Notes: generated by a model from the sequence alone, not told the origin. A stretch of 63,984 bases of DNA, filler included, from Craspedostauros australis (GCA_030167865.1; 7 parts of 7 records of this genome joined end to end with filler, not necessarily neighbours in it), one strand, 5' to 3'. Positions 37,272 through 51,500 are shown, counted from the first letter of the whole stretch. Translations and numbers: made by a program.

Positions 37272-40028
37272 ATGCAAGATGATGGCTATGCCCGTCAGAT
37301 CCTGGAGCTGACACAATCCTCGCAGCATGGCAATGAGGACAGCGGCGCTTTGAGCAACCACAGCACGGACATCGTGGGTGATCAAGGCACAAGGAGCAAG
37401 ACGAAGAAGAAAGCCAAGGCCAAGCAGAAGGCCAAAATGAAGAAAGTTAGCAAAGCCAAGGGTCAGCCCAACGCGGCAGCCGGTTTGGCGCGAACGATCT
37501 CAGTGGGCGATGTGCAGCCCACAAATCGAGGAGGAAGGGCGACATCACAAGCGTCTGTGGCCGCGAAGCCGGAGTTGGCAGGAAGTACTTCCGCAAGCAC
37601 TGCCGCGTCGACCGGCAAGAAAAAGGCCAAATCCAAGAACAAGAAAAAGTCTGGCGCCAACACGACCAGCGAAGATGGCGCGAAGAAATCCAAAAAGAAA
37701 AAGAAGAGCAAGGCGGGCGCCAACAACGGCACGGACCGAACAGATGCGGACGCCAACAACGGCACGGACCGAACAGAGGCGGATGTCAAGATGGTCGCGT
37801 CTGCGCCATCGAGGGCCAACACGGTGGACGCCACCGGCAAAGTGACGTACCCTCCATCCGCGGTGCCGCGTGACACCAACGCGCAAGATCAGAATGCCAA
37901 AGACCAGAAGGAAAAAGCGATGGCTGGCGGGACGGCTGTGAATTCTGGAGCATCCACCGCGAAATCGTCCAATGGCAACCAAAAGGCGTATGGTGGTGGC
38001 AAGAATGTCGACGACGATGATGATGGCACTGCCAATCTATTTGCATCGAACACGCGTTTGTACGAAGCAGGAGCCGCGCCGCTGGATTCTCTATCCCGAG
38101 CCACGACGGACAGCACCAATTTGTTCGGTGACCGTGCGATGGTAGCACAGCCTGGCGCATTCCGAGTGGATGGTATCGATGGTGCGGCCAACACGATTCG
38201 CGAGATGATGGACGCACCGCGAGGATTGAGACATGACAGCACTCACATGTCGGAGAATAACGACAACGGCGAGACGAATGCCCCGACCGCGCCAACCAGC
38301 GTCAACGCGCAGCAACCGATCCCCGCAGTCTCAGTCGCCCAGGCAATCTGTACCAACGAGATGGAAGAAGAGCTTCGCAACGATATCATATCATCAGCAG
38401 TCGCAGCCACCAGGGTACAGCCCGCGCTGTCGGCCAACAGCAAACACAACAGCGACGAGGATACAGACGATGACGATGATATCGACGATGAAACAGCCTT
38501 CAGATCCCGCCTTATCATGCTTGCTCTTGCTGTCGTTTGCGGTTGCCTCACTGTTCTGGGCATTGTGCTGGGAGTCTTGCTATCGAAAGGGACGTCGTCG
38601 TCGTCGTCGTCGTCATCATCATCCGAGAATGCCAATGACGACATACGCACGACACCGCCCACAATTGCACCGCAATCCGCAGGAACTCTTCGGAATCCAT
38701 TGACGGACAAAGAGGCTGATGATTTGGAAGCTTGGCTCGAGGAGAACCTCCCGTACGATGACACCGTCACATCTGACGATGCGGGAGCATTCAACTGGCT
38801 TGTTTCCGTCAGCGCGCGCGTCGAAGCAATTGGTCAAGGTACCGGCGATCTCCAGCCCTCTGCATCCAACCCACCATTCGATACGAAGGACAGGATCCTG
38901 CAGTATTACGCGCTGGCAGACTTGTACCACACATTCAAAGGCGACGATTGGAACGAGAACGACAATTGGCTCACCACATCTGATGATGCTGACCGGTTGG
39001 ACTACTGCAACTGGCACGGCATCGTATGCTTCGAAGACGATGGTACGAAGAACGTCAAGGAAGTGCGGTTATCTTCAAACAATCTGGTAGGCATTCGATT
39101 GCCCCGGAGCATCGGTCTCTTCTCGCATGCCACGTATTTCGATATCAATGGCAATCCGATCAACCGGGAATCATTGGAGATGCGGGGCCCGGAGGGAGTC
39201 AACCTCTGCCTCAAAGATGGCAACGGCGGTCGTAGGCACAGCATGCGACGCAATCTGCAAGGCACACAGCCCAAACCACAGGGCATTCCCACGACGGTCG
39301 GTTTCATGACGAATCTCGAAGCTCTCCTGCTTGGCGGGTCTGGATTGGGTGGGACGATCCCGACGCAGATGGGGAACCTTATCAAGCTCACGACTATCAG
39401 CCTCCATGATACATACGTGGTGCTGCAGATTCCCAGCGAGATTGGTAGGTTGGCGGAGCTCGCGGATCTAAACCTGAGTACGAACTTTATGTGCGGTCAG
39501 TTACCTTCGCAGTTAGGAGAGTTGTCGAAACTGAGTAAGTGGAGTGGAATGAAGTGGAACCAACGAGACGCGCAGTCCGTTGAGGGCTGGTATGCACAGG
39601 CGAAGCTCCGGCAATATCCACGATGACTTGCATTAAAATTCGCCGCTCGTTGCTCACAGCCTCCCCCCGTGCACGTTCACTCCTGGAATTGAAACCTCCC
39701 CACCGCACACGTGCGCATTGACATCCTACTGTTGCTCGTCCCGACGAACATCCTTCACCAATTTGACTCAATTTCCCCAGCATCAATCAACATCGAGAAA
39801 AACAGCTTCTCGGGGACCATTCCATCGCAGCTCATGAATTGGCCGGCCAGTATCGAGGTATTCATCCGAGCCAACCGATTTTTGCAAGAAGATACTGTGC
39901 AAAACACGTTTTGCTCAACCCAGAAGTTCTTGACAAGCGACGAATTTGCACTGGAGGCAAGCTGCGGTGAACAGGCCTGTTCCTGTTGCACATCTTGTTG
40001 CGCAGATGGGTTTTGTCAGGACGCCTGA
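37272..40028 (+). CDS. Single-pass membrane leucine-rich-repeat protein (plant-type LRR), 2 exons
   Basis: Exons 37272-39534 and 39781-40028 (gtaagt...cccag). Disordered Lys-rich N-terminus with PGAF motif, TM (LALAVVCGCLTVLGIVLGVLL), QYYALADLY...W...NW...CNWHGIVC LRR cap, LxGxIPxxxGxL repeats, C-terminal CSCCTSCC. Confidence 0.85.
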
Positions 40029-41053
40029 AGGTGTTACCGACGTACCGCATCTACCAATGGATGGCGTGATGCACGGAGCATACTCGTAACATAGTAACGT
40101 GGAATGACGGTGATTGGCTACAGGCATGTGTTCGAATAGATCAACCCATGACGTCGCTGAAATGCCAAATCCCGTAGCATACGCAACCAGTCAAAACCGG
40201 TCTTTCCCGAATGTTTGTCTGCGTACATTGCGTTGTTTGCTTTGGAAAGACCAATGAATGCCGTCCGATCGTCACGAAGCAGTGTGCATATTCGACCAAG
40301 AGGACCGAACATCTGCAAGGCTCCAAAAAACTTATAACACTACCTCAGAGCAAAATCGGTGTCCACTACGTATCATATTCTATAATTTTATATAGTTCAT
40401 TAATATGTGAGTGGTTTGGTCGAAAGCCCCGCATGTTGCCACCACTCCAGGACGGACTGCTTCGTGCAAATTCACAACAGTTTCCGCCAACGGACATGGC
40501 AAGGCTTCGAACACAACCGTGGCGTTGATGTCCTGGTCGTGTGCTTCTTTGATCGCATGATCTGTCCACACAATTCTGAAGGACAGAAGATGTGGTTGAT
40601 CGCATACTTCTCAGAATTCAGGAACTCCAATGGCTTTTGGGCCGAAAACACGAGCCGGGCACTGATTGGCACTGATTGGCACTGATTGATACGAACCCTG
40701 TCACTTAATGGTGGGAGATAGACAGTCGTCGCTGGAGAGACTCGAAAGGGGCCTGATCAAGTTTTTTATTGCAATCAGTCGGGCTCGCCGGTGGAACACT
40801 ATCGTATGAGATGCCACCATGAGGCCTGCACTCGTTTGTGCGAGAAATCTGCTCATTTCGCGCATGCAAGGTGGTGTGCGGTGCTGTGGTACGCATGCAT
40901 AATGGATCGAAGATCTCTGGACGCACCACATTAGTTGGTTCAGTGGCGACGGATCAGGTGCATCGTGTAGAGCAAGAGATCAACAAGGCAACTTCATTCG
41001 AGGCGACGTTGTGTAATCAACTCATAGTGAAAGCGGAGGATCTCCTGGAGTCT

Positions 41054-41260
41054 TGATAATCAGCAATTCAATACAGGACAGGCACCAAACACTGCACTTA
41101 CTCCTCCGCCAGGGTGATCAATCCGTCAGGTGAAGCCGGTGTGTTTGGTGATAGTTGTTGCTAAGTTATGGTTGTATCAATTGATGATTGAGTTTGGATT
41201 ATGAGATGATGATCTCCTATTTCTAATGATGGTGCCTATTGCACGGTTTCTAACGTGCTG
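41054..41260. repeat. Dispersed repeat (probable LTR, begins TGATAATCAGCAATT), truncated by contig end; second diverged copy at 44565-44780
   Basis: Both copies share GCACCAAACACTGCACTTACT, GGGTGATCAATCCG, TGTTTGGTGATAGTTG and TCAATTGATGATTGAGTTTGGA, and homology starts at the same TG. Confidence 0.75.
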
Positions 41261-41360
41261 NNNNNNNNNNNNNNNNNNNNNNNNNNNNNNNNNNNNNNNN
41301 NNNNTTAATTAATTAANNNNNNNNNNNNNNNNNNNNNNNNNNNNNNNNNNNNNNNNNNNN

Positions 41361-41444
41361 AGCTCCACGCCAAACCCAAATCTTGAAGGGCTTGAGCCAA
41401 CGACGGATGATGATCTCATCATCGTCTCCACACGGTGCCTTCCG
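41361..41444 (+). repeat. 84-bp direct repeat at contig start, identical to 58828-58911 at the same contig's end
   Basis: agctccacgccaaacc...ggtgccttccg is identical at both termini. Confidence 0.95.
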
Positions 41445-42086
41445 CCCAACCGAAATATCCAAAGCACAATTACCTGCATAGCAGCACCAAAGGCAGATGA
41501 TGAGAAAGCACAGCAAGTATCTGCAAAAGTAGTGGACGCGCCAACCCAAGGGACGTCGAAAATCACATTCCCAGAACGAGAAATCGATCCACTCCCACAT
41601 TTTGACCAACACCACACAGCCCCCAACAGGCGGCGTCCACAGTACCAAAATATAATCATACATGTCTGAGTAGGAACATCAAATAACCATACACACGAAA
41701 ACGGCATTCTGATGTTTGCTTACTTGTGCGCGGTATCGGTGCCCCTCCTCCTCCGCCTCTGCGATGAGGTGCGATTTTCGCCGCGAGCACGATCGTTGCA
41801 CCATACGCATGCAGAGACTATGGGGCAAACGAATGCCATACTGACCAGCGCAGCTCTCTTTGGCACCGTGGGAGGGATGGTCACTGTACAATCCAGTAGG
41901 GGGTCGTGACCAACAACAGCGAAGTTTGGTGGTGCTCCAGAGTAAGCGCGCATCCAAGGATGTGCTTGTGCTCGTATTCTGGTATGGTATCAATAATGCT
42001 CATTCACCTGTATTGCTCAGCCGAGGCCGCTACGGCTTCGAGATTTGAACTGAAGCAGCAGATTTCAAATCTTTGGAATGCGCGCC

Positions 42087-43991
42087 TGTTAGTAGATGCT
42101 GCTCGTCTCGATTCCATTCACGTGTGGGCGCAGTGAATCCGAGTGCACGGCTGCGTCACACCATCCTCGTATCAATATAAGTATAATAGAATAGTATGTA
42201 TGGCTCGAAAGAGATACCTTGTCCGACCACTCTTTCACATGCTCCAACACAGACCAAACTTCGATCTTGTTCCTCTGCTCGTATCCGTCGTGAGGATTTG
42301 GGTAGAGGAGAGGAGAGTTGAGTTCAGAATTGCGGAATCTGCAATGACGGTGCGGGTGATACTACCGCGGCGGTAGAGGGACGGAGCGATCGTCACGAAG
42401 TATTAGTACATCGTTCATCCTGCAATTGCTGTCCACAACAGAAGATGTGATGATCGCGAGACGATACGGATGTGTTGTGTGTGTGATGATGTGATTATGA
42501 GTGTTTCCGACTGTGCAGAGGCTGTGAACATGGGATTTGCTACTGCACCGTCTGTCATGCGACCGTATACCAACACCCCCCCCCCCGCTGGCAAAGCCAG
42601 CGGAAAAGTTACATATCCTGGTCGTGGCGGTTGCGTACGTAGAAGGGCACAAGCCGACCCATCACAAGGTCGATGTGCCAAAAGTACAGAGCCACAGGTG
42701 TCTGTTTCGTGCATATGTCAGATGCATTCAGGAGATCTCTCTCCACCCAATCGAGGACCACGAACTCTCGGATCGCAATGTGGCACGAATTCCGGGTAGG
42801 CTGGCTGGCGCTGGCCATCAGCCGAGCACCGCAGTTGTCCTCGAAGATCATAGTTGCATACTGCTGCTTCACTCCCACTTCATCAAGAATGGATCGAAGC
42901 CATAGGGCCATGCGGCCTGCGTTGCTGGCAGCGACGAACTCGGCCTCAGTGCTGCTGAGCGAGACCGTGGGCTGAACCCGGGTCTTCCACGCAATGGCAG
43001 CCCCGCCAAAGAGGTAAATGATGCTGGTGACTGACCGCCGATGCCGTATGTCGATGCCCCAATCCGTGTCAGTGTATCCATACAACGTTGAGGCATCAAG
43101 ATGTTGCACGCCAGTGACATCATGGACTGCATCATTGGCTGGCGAAAGGCGGACTGGATGGGGTGCTGCTGGCAGACTCATGAGTGGTTGGACCCTCCAG
43201 TATGTACCACTGTGGCCTCGTGTGCCAGCGACATACCGCATAAGATACTTCACCCCTTCGAAGCGTAGAGCAGCAAGGTTGGTGGAGAACTGCAAGAGCT
43301 GCACGACAGGGAAAGAAATGTCAGGCTGACATGAAATCATCGCCCATATCAGCTCGCCAATGGCTTGCCTGTACTTGAATTTGAATTGGCTTGCCACACG
43401 GTGCCGCTCATTGTCATTGACTGGAAGCACAGCTTTGTCCAGACTCTTGACATAGGAATTGTTGGACCACATGGGCAAGCGCTACATAGTCTTGAAGTTC
43501 TGCCACTGATACTGCTTCAGCATCTTGTCAACGTAGGAAGTGCAGTGTACCTTGACAAAATCTTGGGTCGGATCGATGTCCAAGCCATTATAATGAACGA
43601 TCAGGCCTTGCCTTGTCATGGGCTGGAACAGATGCTTGTCCAACAAGTCGCAGAATGCATTGAAAATGGCCTTGTTGGTGGCGGCAACCGCAAAATCATC
43701 CACCTGTCGAAGCACGTACACTTTGGAAGAAAGGACGTGTCCCACATAAAGGCAGGGAGCATGCGTGGTACTGTGGAAACCCATGTGCTGCAGCAAACTG
43801 TTGACATGACTGCTCCATTGCCAGGACGCCTCTGGATGTCCTTGGAGGTTCTTGTGGACTGGAATCACAGCTCCTCGCGGCATGGTTTTGCCTCGTCGCT
43901 TCTCCCACCAAGTGCAGTACTGCTTGTCCACTCTCATGTAGTACCACTGTTCTCCAGCAGGAGCTTCTGCGTGTTGGCAAGTTCCGCTCAC
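42087..43991 (-). mobile_element. Degenerate Ty1/Copia LTR retrotransposon, 3' part: RT-RNase H (43991-42609, in-frame stop at 43482-43484), poly-G PPT and probable 3' LTR (42575-42087)
   Basis: LQGHPE, RQVDDF, YRQAIGELIW, RNase H YTDTDW...RRSVT...QPTVSLSSTEAEF...FEDN. On the minus strand a G-run is immediately followed by TGTTG (42575); candidate LTR end CTAACA at 42087 (less certain). Confidence 0.85.
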
Positions 43992-44564
43992 GGAAGCCTA
44001 CGATTGTGGAAGACGGTGTTGGTTGATAGTTGTTCTGTTCGCTATTTCATTACGTTGGCACTCCAATCCTCTTGGTGTCCATTCTCTTGCCCGATGCTCT
44101 CAGCATGTCTGTCTCTTTTGTAGATTGGGTCTCCGAAATGTTTCCGACTATGAGTCGGTATGCGAGATCCTCTCTCACTGCTATTCGTATTCTCTCTCTC
44201 TCAATATTGTGTACTTGCGCTACAAAATGCTCTGTGTTTGATGTGTACTCCGCATTCGACACTCCATGTTTGTTCATTGCTGGTTCCTACTTCACGAGTA
44301 CTTACCACTTGAACTCCTCATCATGTATCCATGATCTCGATGCCCTTCAGTCATCAAAATCTTCACCTTCTGCTTCTGACATGGAGACAGATGTCAACGT
44401 GGTGACATGATGACATCCTGTCGACATCAGTCATCGTCCTTCTGCTCTCCAGATGCCATGTTCCATTGGTGATGCGATGGTCTGTCAGATGATATCGTCA
44501 TCTGGGGTTTAGTTGGGAGGTACATCGAGTTTCACTCGATACCATACATTTCCATTGATGGATG

Positions 44565-44826
44565 TGATAATCAGCAATTACACACAGGACAAGAGGGGAG
44601 CACCAAACACTGCACTTACTACGCCGCCTGGGTGATCAATCCGATAGGTGAAGTTGGAGATGTTTGGTGATAGTTGTTTGCTAAGTTATTGGTGTGTCAA
44701 TTGATGATTGAGTTTGGAATTGTGAGCACAAGATCTCACTCATCCAAATCTGATGCATTCCTGCACCATTTCTACGATCTTAGTTGAGATTCAATAAGGG
44801 ATAGACTATTACCAAACACGGTATCA
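44565..44826. repeat. Probable LTR fragment (TGATA...TATCA), homologous to 41054-41260, abutting another diverged LTR-like segment at about 44330-44560
   Basis: Similarity to the 41054 copy; the adjacent segment resembles 47410-47575 (GGTTTAGTTGGGA-GTA). No TSD found; right boundary uncertain. Confidence 0.55.
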
Positions 44827-45496
44827 ACCCCGATGGGAGAAATTCTTGTTTTGGCGCGAAATCTTCCGACTTGATCGACCACCAAATCTTTTCTCCTCCT
44901 TTCTCTCCTCCATTCACAAGTCCATCATGACTCGAGCATGTCCGACCTGACTCACATCTCACCTTGGGAACTATATGCTCCTCAGATCTTTCCAATGCAA
45001 CACTCCTCGATTCCCTCCATGCTGATGACTACTGCACTACTACCATAGTCTTGACGCGTGTATCCAACCTGCTGCAACTAAAGCAATGGAATCCGAGGGT
45101 GAGCTCCAGCCACAGCCATTGCTTCATGACCGACACCACTGAGCGTCATGACCTACACTGCAGTGTATCTACGTGTATGGAGAGCAAGGCACTGGTATGA
45201 CTATCTACCCTCAAGCACTGAACCAAGTACATCAGTGCAGGGTCTCACCAAGTTGTGTGGCATCGTTTCTTCACCCTACCAACAACATAAGCTAACACAT
45301 AATAAACAGACAAGGATTAGCTACAAAACACTCTTCTACTCATCATTACAGTAACAACTATTTGATCAATAATACCAGAACCCGAAAAAACAAAAACAAC
45401 GATAACACTAGTAAAAGCAAAAAACGACACACATCAACAAAATCAGGTACGAAATCTACAGCGAATTCTACGTAACACGAAAGATCCGAAACGACG

Positions 45497-48457
45497 ATGA
45501 AGGCGACAAAACAAGTCAGAATCATGGAAGACAAAGCAGACGACGTCGAGATGTTGGAGGTGCATGGGCCAGCAGTGCAAACCGCAACACCCAAGCCTCC
45601 TCCCAAGCCAAATCCGAGCAGCAACGAAGACGAATTGATGGAGAAACGAGGCGAAGTAGCGATGACATGGAAGGATCCGAACGCGGCGCGGTGGAAAAAA
45701 CTCAACGACATGATCGCACAGCAAGCGAAGGGATTCGAATCAAGCGAGAAGTATGGCGAAGACGAGCGCGCAATGCACAACCAAGTGAAGAAAGCACTCA
45801 TCAAGAAAGCCACATGGGAGAAAGCAGACACTTCAATGGTATCAGCAATCATACCAAGCATCAAAGACATGACCGTATTCTTCCAAACAGTGATGGACGG
45901 GCGAACCACGAAGTTGGGGAAGTCCAAAGTCCCCTCAGACGACCCAGACAGAAGGGCGATCAAGCAACTGGTCGCAGACCTGTCACTCACGGATCCGGCC
46001 AAATGCTTTTTGGACGAAGCCAAGCCAGGAGGCAAAATGATGATAGCCAACCAGATGACGATTCTATGGGCGGCAGCAACAGCCTACATGGGTTGCCAAT
46101 ACATGGAGGAGAAACCCCCTCCAGAAGTGGACTCAGCGGACGCTGCAATGAAGATGGATAGCGACGACGACAGCTACGACCTCGTGGGGCTGGTAACAAA
46201 GAAGCCTCTGAAGCAGGCAAACTTGACAGCCTACACCACGAACACCAAGATCACATCGCCGGCACCGCGAGATAAAAATGGCAGTCTCAACGCAGCACAA
46301 GCTCCTGCAGCAAACGAGAGCAACAACAACCCAGAAGCAGACGGTAAAGGATGGACCAAGCATCAGAAGAAACAGCCTCAAATGTCAAGCCCAAGACGAC
46401 GATACTACAAAAGATTCGAAATGCGGCTCAAAATTCCCAAAGGCACGAAGATGCCAGTCCGGGATTTCCAAGAGCGCTTTCGCCAGTGGGACGACGAAGC
46501 CAAAGGCATGGACCAAAGTCTCGTCATCAGTCCGTGGTACAAGAAGAACAAGGCAAAGGGTTGCATCATCACTGAGGCAGACATACCAGCCATGTGGAAA
46601 GATCTCAGATACTACATCGGCAGGGCCAACCCAACATCGAAGAGTGAAGACGTATACCTACAGATCCTGATGTCCTCGAACATCGAAATGCAGGTGTTCA
46701 CGAGCTGGAACACGGAGCTTGAAGGAGCATACCATGAAGGAAAGTATGTGTACATCCAGGACCTGAAGGACGCCGAACACACAACGGAGATAGGCTTCAT
46801 GGCCTGCTCGGGCAACTTCACCAAGGCGAAACAAACGCTTGGGATCATCAATCAGTTGCTGGAGGAAAAGAGAGCCAAACTCAAAGTTGGCGGCAGGGTG
46901 AAATTCATGGGGAAGGTATCGGAAGAAGTGAAAACGAAGCACCTGCAAGACGGTGGAAGCTTGTACAACTCTCCGTGGATGGCGCTCCATCTGCACGCGG
47001 ACGTCAAGGACGCACGCAGAGCGTCGAAACTCCTCGGAAAAATCTTCAACACCAAAGACGGCGATTGCAAAGGACTCAACTACAGGTACGTGCCCAAACC
47101 TGGCACATCAGTCATGGGAGCGAAGACGGCAATGAAGGTGCAAGCCATGATTCGGAAACGTCAGAACTACGTTCGCAGGCTGAAATACGAACAACTCAAA
47201 GGAGACTTCGTGTTGGACATTGTTATCTCGTTACTGTACACAGCGAAATCACACGAGTCCTTCAAGAGAGATCAAGTCTTTCAGGACGAGGGTGACAAGC
47301 TGGTGAGTGAAGACACTGTTTGGGTTGAGTGACTTCTGGTTCTATGTTATCTTCATCGAGTTGTATCTCATGTTCCTGTCTTCAAGGTCAGCTCTCAGTC
47401 ATTGCACCTCTGCGATCTTGTTCTGATGTGGAGATGACCCATGATGTGGCGATGATGTCTTCTGTGTCGACGTCACTCATCACTGTTCCATGGCTCTGTC
47501 GATTCCACATTCCATTGATGATGCTTGAGGTCGTCGAGTGTGTTGTCATTTCAGGTTTAGTTGGGAAGTATATCAGGTCAGATTGGACATCACATGTTTG
47601 CCGGGTGGTGGCCAGACCGAATCTCTGATGTTCCCTAGTGTGTCCCTTATGCCGAAAATCATGTGTCTGAGGAAAGCATCGTTTCAGCACATACAAGGAC
47701 AGACTAATCAGAAAACGAATCAGGTGAATAAAGCGTTGTGCTAATAGACATCAAGGACCCGGAAACGGGCACCATCACTCTGCGAGAATTCCTGTCACAA
47801 CAAACCAGCGATGGCAATCCACTCATTCACGATGTCAGCACTACGCACATGGCAGATGGCAAGGAAGACGCGATTCATATAGTGGCCTTCGAGGAGCGAT
47901 TCGCACAGGCGGTAGGGCTGATTCACACAATTGGCATCAGATGCTCGACAGAGATCAACGAGTCGACGAACAAATGGTTCTCGGAGGATATCGTAGCGAT
48001 GAGCAGCACCATGAAGAAGGATGCCAGTGGAGACTATGTGGACATCGAGACGGAAGAAGAAATGGACTTCTTATTGGACGAGGGATTTGGAAATGTCATC
48101 ATTGAGGGCCTCAACCTCATGGAGAGCGACAACGCATCCCCCAAACGGAAGAAAGTCAGATTGGAGGACAAGAGTTTCAAAACCTTCGGAACAGAGTACG
48201 GCAAATCAGCAGCTTCATCACGATACACCATTCCGGAATCCCAAACAGAAGCGGATGACATCGAAGCAGAGATCGAAGAGGCCATGAAAACGGCAAGGGA
48301 AGCCCAAGAGCTGGAGGCCAGTCGAGTTCGAGTGCAAGAACAATCGAACAAGATCCTCAACCAAGAGACAATCATAGCGGCACTGCGCGCTCAACTGGAA
48401 GCGTCCACGGCCACGCCACCTGCCTCAAGCAAGGGTAGGGGCGAGGACCAAGAATAA
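45497..48457 (+). pseudogene. LINE ORF1 (about 809 aa when restored), interrupted by a solo-LTR insertion
   Basis: Removing 47221-47746 plus one GACAT copy joins ...GDFVLD-IKDPETG... in frame to the stop at 48457; C-terminal coiled coil. Confidence 0.8.
47221..47746. mobile_element. Solo LTR, 526 bp, with 5-bp TSD GACAT
   Basis: GACAT at 47216-47220 and 47747-47751; ends TGTTA...TAATA (near-inverted, canonical TAACA); related sequence at about 44350-44530. Confidence 0.85.
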
Positions 48458-48560
48458 TGCGAAGCTGGGGGCAGGAGAAGCATTGCCAACCAACCCTGCA
48501 AGCCCAACGGATGCAACCCTGGAGGAAAGGAGCCAGGAAGGTCTAATCCTCCACGACCGG

Positions 48561-51500
48561 CATTGGGGCGACTCACCGCGAACAAAGGGTGGCACTATGA
48601 TACGAATAGCTGCTCTCAACGTGGGATGCCTCCATGCCAAGTCAAAACATTGAAAAACGACGATATGTGGCAGTGGGTGAAGCAAATGAAGATCGACGTC
48701 GCTTTACTCACGGAGATCGGTATCAACTGGTCGAAACTGGGCAGGGTCGATTCATGGAAAACAAGAGCAAAGCGACACATGCACGCAGAAAGACACGCAC
48801 TGGCATACAATGAGACAGAGAAGCTGGGAAGTACCCGCCAATGGGGAGGAACAGCCTGCACAATCGTGGGGAATGTCACAGGACGGTACAAAAGTCTGGA
48901 GAATGACCCACGCCGGCTAGGAAGGTGGGCAAGCATAGCAGTCAGAGGACAACAGGACTCCACAGTTCGATTCGTGAGCGTGTACGTTCCCATCAAAGGC
49001 GGACAGAGTGCGGGCACAGTGTACAATCAGCAGGCATCGTGGCCGGAATCGCAAGGGATCGACAGCTCACCCATCGAGCTCCTCATCCAAGACCCAGAGG
49101 CAGCGCTTCAAGAATGGAGACAGGCAGGAGAAACCATAATTGTTGGCAGCGACGTCAACATGCCGGTGATCCAATCCCAGATGGCGACTATGATGCAAAG
49201 ACAGCACATGCAGGAGTCCATACTCAGCCGACATCTAAACGCTCCAGGAGTGTCAACCAGTGTGTGTGCTCGATCCAATCGAGTCATCAACGGGCTGTGG
49301 GTGTCAGAGTCAGTTCAGGTGGTGAGATCAGGTTTCAGTGCCTTCGGTCCATGGGACCACAGGACAGCGTGGATCGAAGTTTCCCAAGAATCCATCTTTG
49401 GCACAACCAGCAAGCCCACCAAGAAGTTTGAGGGACGCAGAGTTCAGCTAAACAGACCAATCACAGTCCGGAGGTACCAGAAGGCGGTGTCAGCACAATA
49501 TCGCGACAAGCACATGCGAGGGCGCGTCGACGAGCTCCGAAAGGTAGTTGGTGCATCGAATCTGCTCACATCGGCACAAGCGACTACCATGGAGTCCATC
49601 GACCAAGACAGGGCGAGAATCATGCTCCAAGCAGAGAAAGGAGCTCGTCCCATCCACACAGGAAGGGTTCCATTTTCGCCGGAGATAAAGCGAAGAGCCA
49701 TGGAGAAACAATTTTGGAATCTGGCGTGGAAGAGGAGGAACGGCAAGAAAGTCAGTTCAAGATGGTACGAACGAGCAAAGAAGCAGACAGTCATTGCCAC
49801 GCGAACAGCAACTCTCAGCAAGGACGAATTGGAAGACAAGCGGAAACGAGCGCACTCCCGTTGGAAGACTGCCAAGAAAAACGCCCTCATGCACAGGAAA
49901 ACATTCCTACAATCCAGAGCAGCGGAGATGGCCAAAGACGGCAACACAACGTCAGAAGCAGCTCTGAGCTCTATACAAAAGCGAGAGGAGACCGTGGAGA
50001 CATTCAAGGCTATTCGAGCAGCGGTCGGGGAATATGACTCGAGTGGCAAAGTGATGATGGTGATCGCGACCAATCCCGACAGCGAAGAACAGGTGTATGA
50101 TCGAGAACATGCAGTCATCGAACAATGCATGCGAGCCAACGAGGCCAAGTACCGGCAGGCGTATGTGACTCCTCTTCAACAACCGTCAGTCGCGCGAGCT
50201 GTGCAGAGATATGGAGCGCAAGGAGCAAGTCGGCGGCATCAATGAAAGCTCGACCAACACACGACCAAACTGTTGGAAGCTCTCAGCCAGACTGACGTCA
50301 TCCCATGGGAAGAGTCAGACCTTGCCGTCACGACGGAGAGTCATCAGAGGCTGTGGTCGAAGGCACGCGAAAGAACCACTTCGGGTCCATCAGGGCTTCA
50401 CTTTGGTCTGTGGAAGGCAAATGCTTGGTCCGACGAGCTCGCGCACGTCGACGCCGTCATGAGGGAGATATCTCTACGCACTGGGTACAACCTACAACGG
50501 TGGTTGGTGTGCACCGATGTCACCTTATTGAAGGAGCCAGGCAACTTTCGAGTCTCCAGGTTCCGGACGATAAGCCTTGTGGAGGGAGATTTCAATGCTA
50601 ATCTGAAATGGATCGGGAAAATAATGATGAGACACGCGGAAAAGCACCACCTACTGCCAGACGAACAATATGGGAGCCGTAAGCAACGCAGCGCAGCGGA
50701 GGTCAGTCTGAACAATCGAATGACAGATGACATCGTGCGGTTGACGGCATCCACCAGCTGTATCTGCTCAAACGACGCGAAAAGCTGCTATGACAGAATG
50801 GCGCACGTGCCTCTGGAGCTCAGCATGCAGCAGATAGGGGTGCCAGAAGTGGTTGGTCGCAGCGTGACGGCAGCAGTCCAGTCTATGCAACATCATGTAC
50901 TCACAGGATTTGGCAAATCCACGTGTACATACCCTCACCGTGGGTCCAAGTTACAAGGATTGTTGCAGGGGCTCGGAATATCTCCAGCTGGATGGGTGGC
51001 AATGAGTTCCCCGATCATGAAGGCGATGTCGGCCCAAGGATACGGCTTCGCGTTGGTCAGCCCCACCCAATCGGTCAACACCAAATTGGTATGCTTTTCC
51101 TTCGTGGACGACACAGATCTCATACACACAATCAAAGCCGACGTGAGCGACCCAGAAGCGTGCATATCAGAAATCCAGCAAGTGGTTGATTTTATGGGAA
51201 GGAATGCTGCGAGCGACGGGAGGCGCACTCGAACCCAGGAAGAGTTATTGGTACCTCATGGCGTTCAAATGGGATGGTCAAAAGTGGCATTACAAGAGTA
51301 TCGGCGAGCAACCAGGTGACATCAGAATCCGACAACTGGACAGCCAGCAGCGGTCAATGCTAGTGCGACTCCACGTTGATCAAGTGCGCAAGGCACTGAG
51401 AGTAATGGTGCAACACAATGGGATTCAGGATGACAACGAGAAGTACTACACAAAAAAGGCCAACCAGTGGGTGGACAAAATGAGGCGAAGTCGCATGCTC

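Noticed and set aside
48455..48546. TAATG stop-start coupling of LINE ORF1 to ORF2
   Set aside because: The overlapping ATG opens only a 29-codon frame that differs from the frame carrying the WGD...IRIAALNV endonuclease start.
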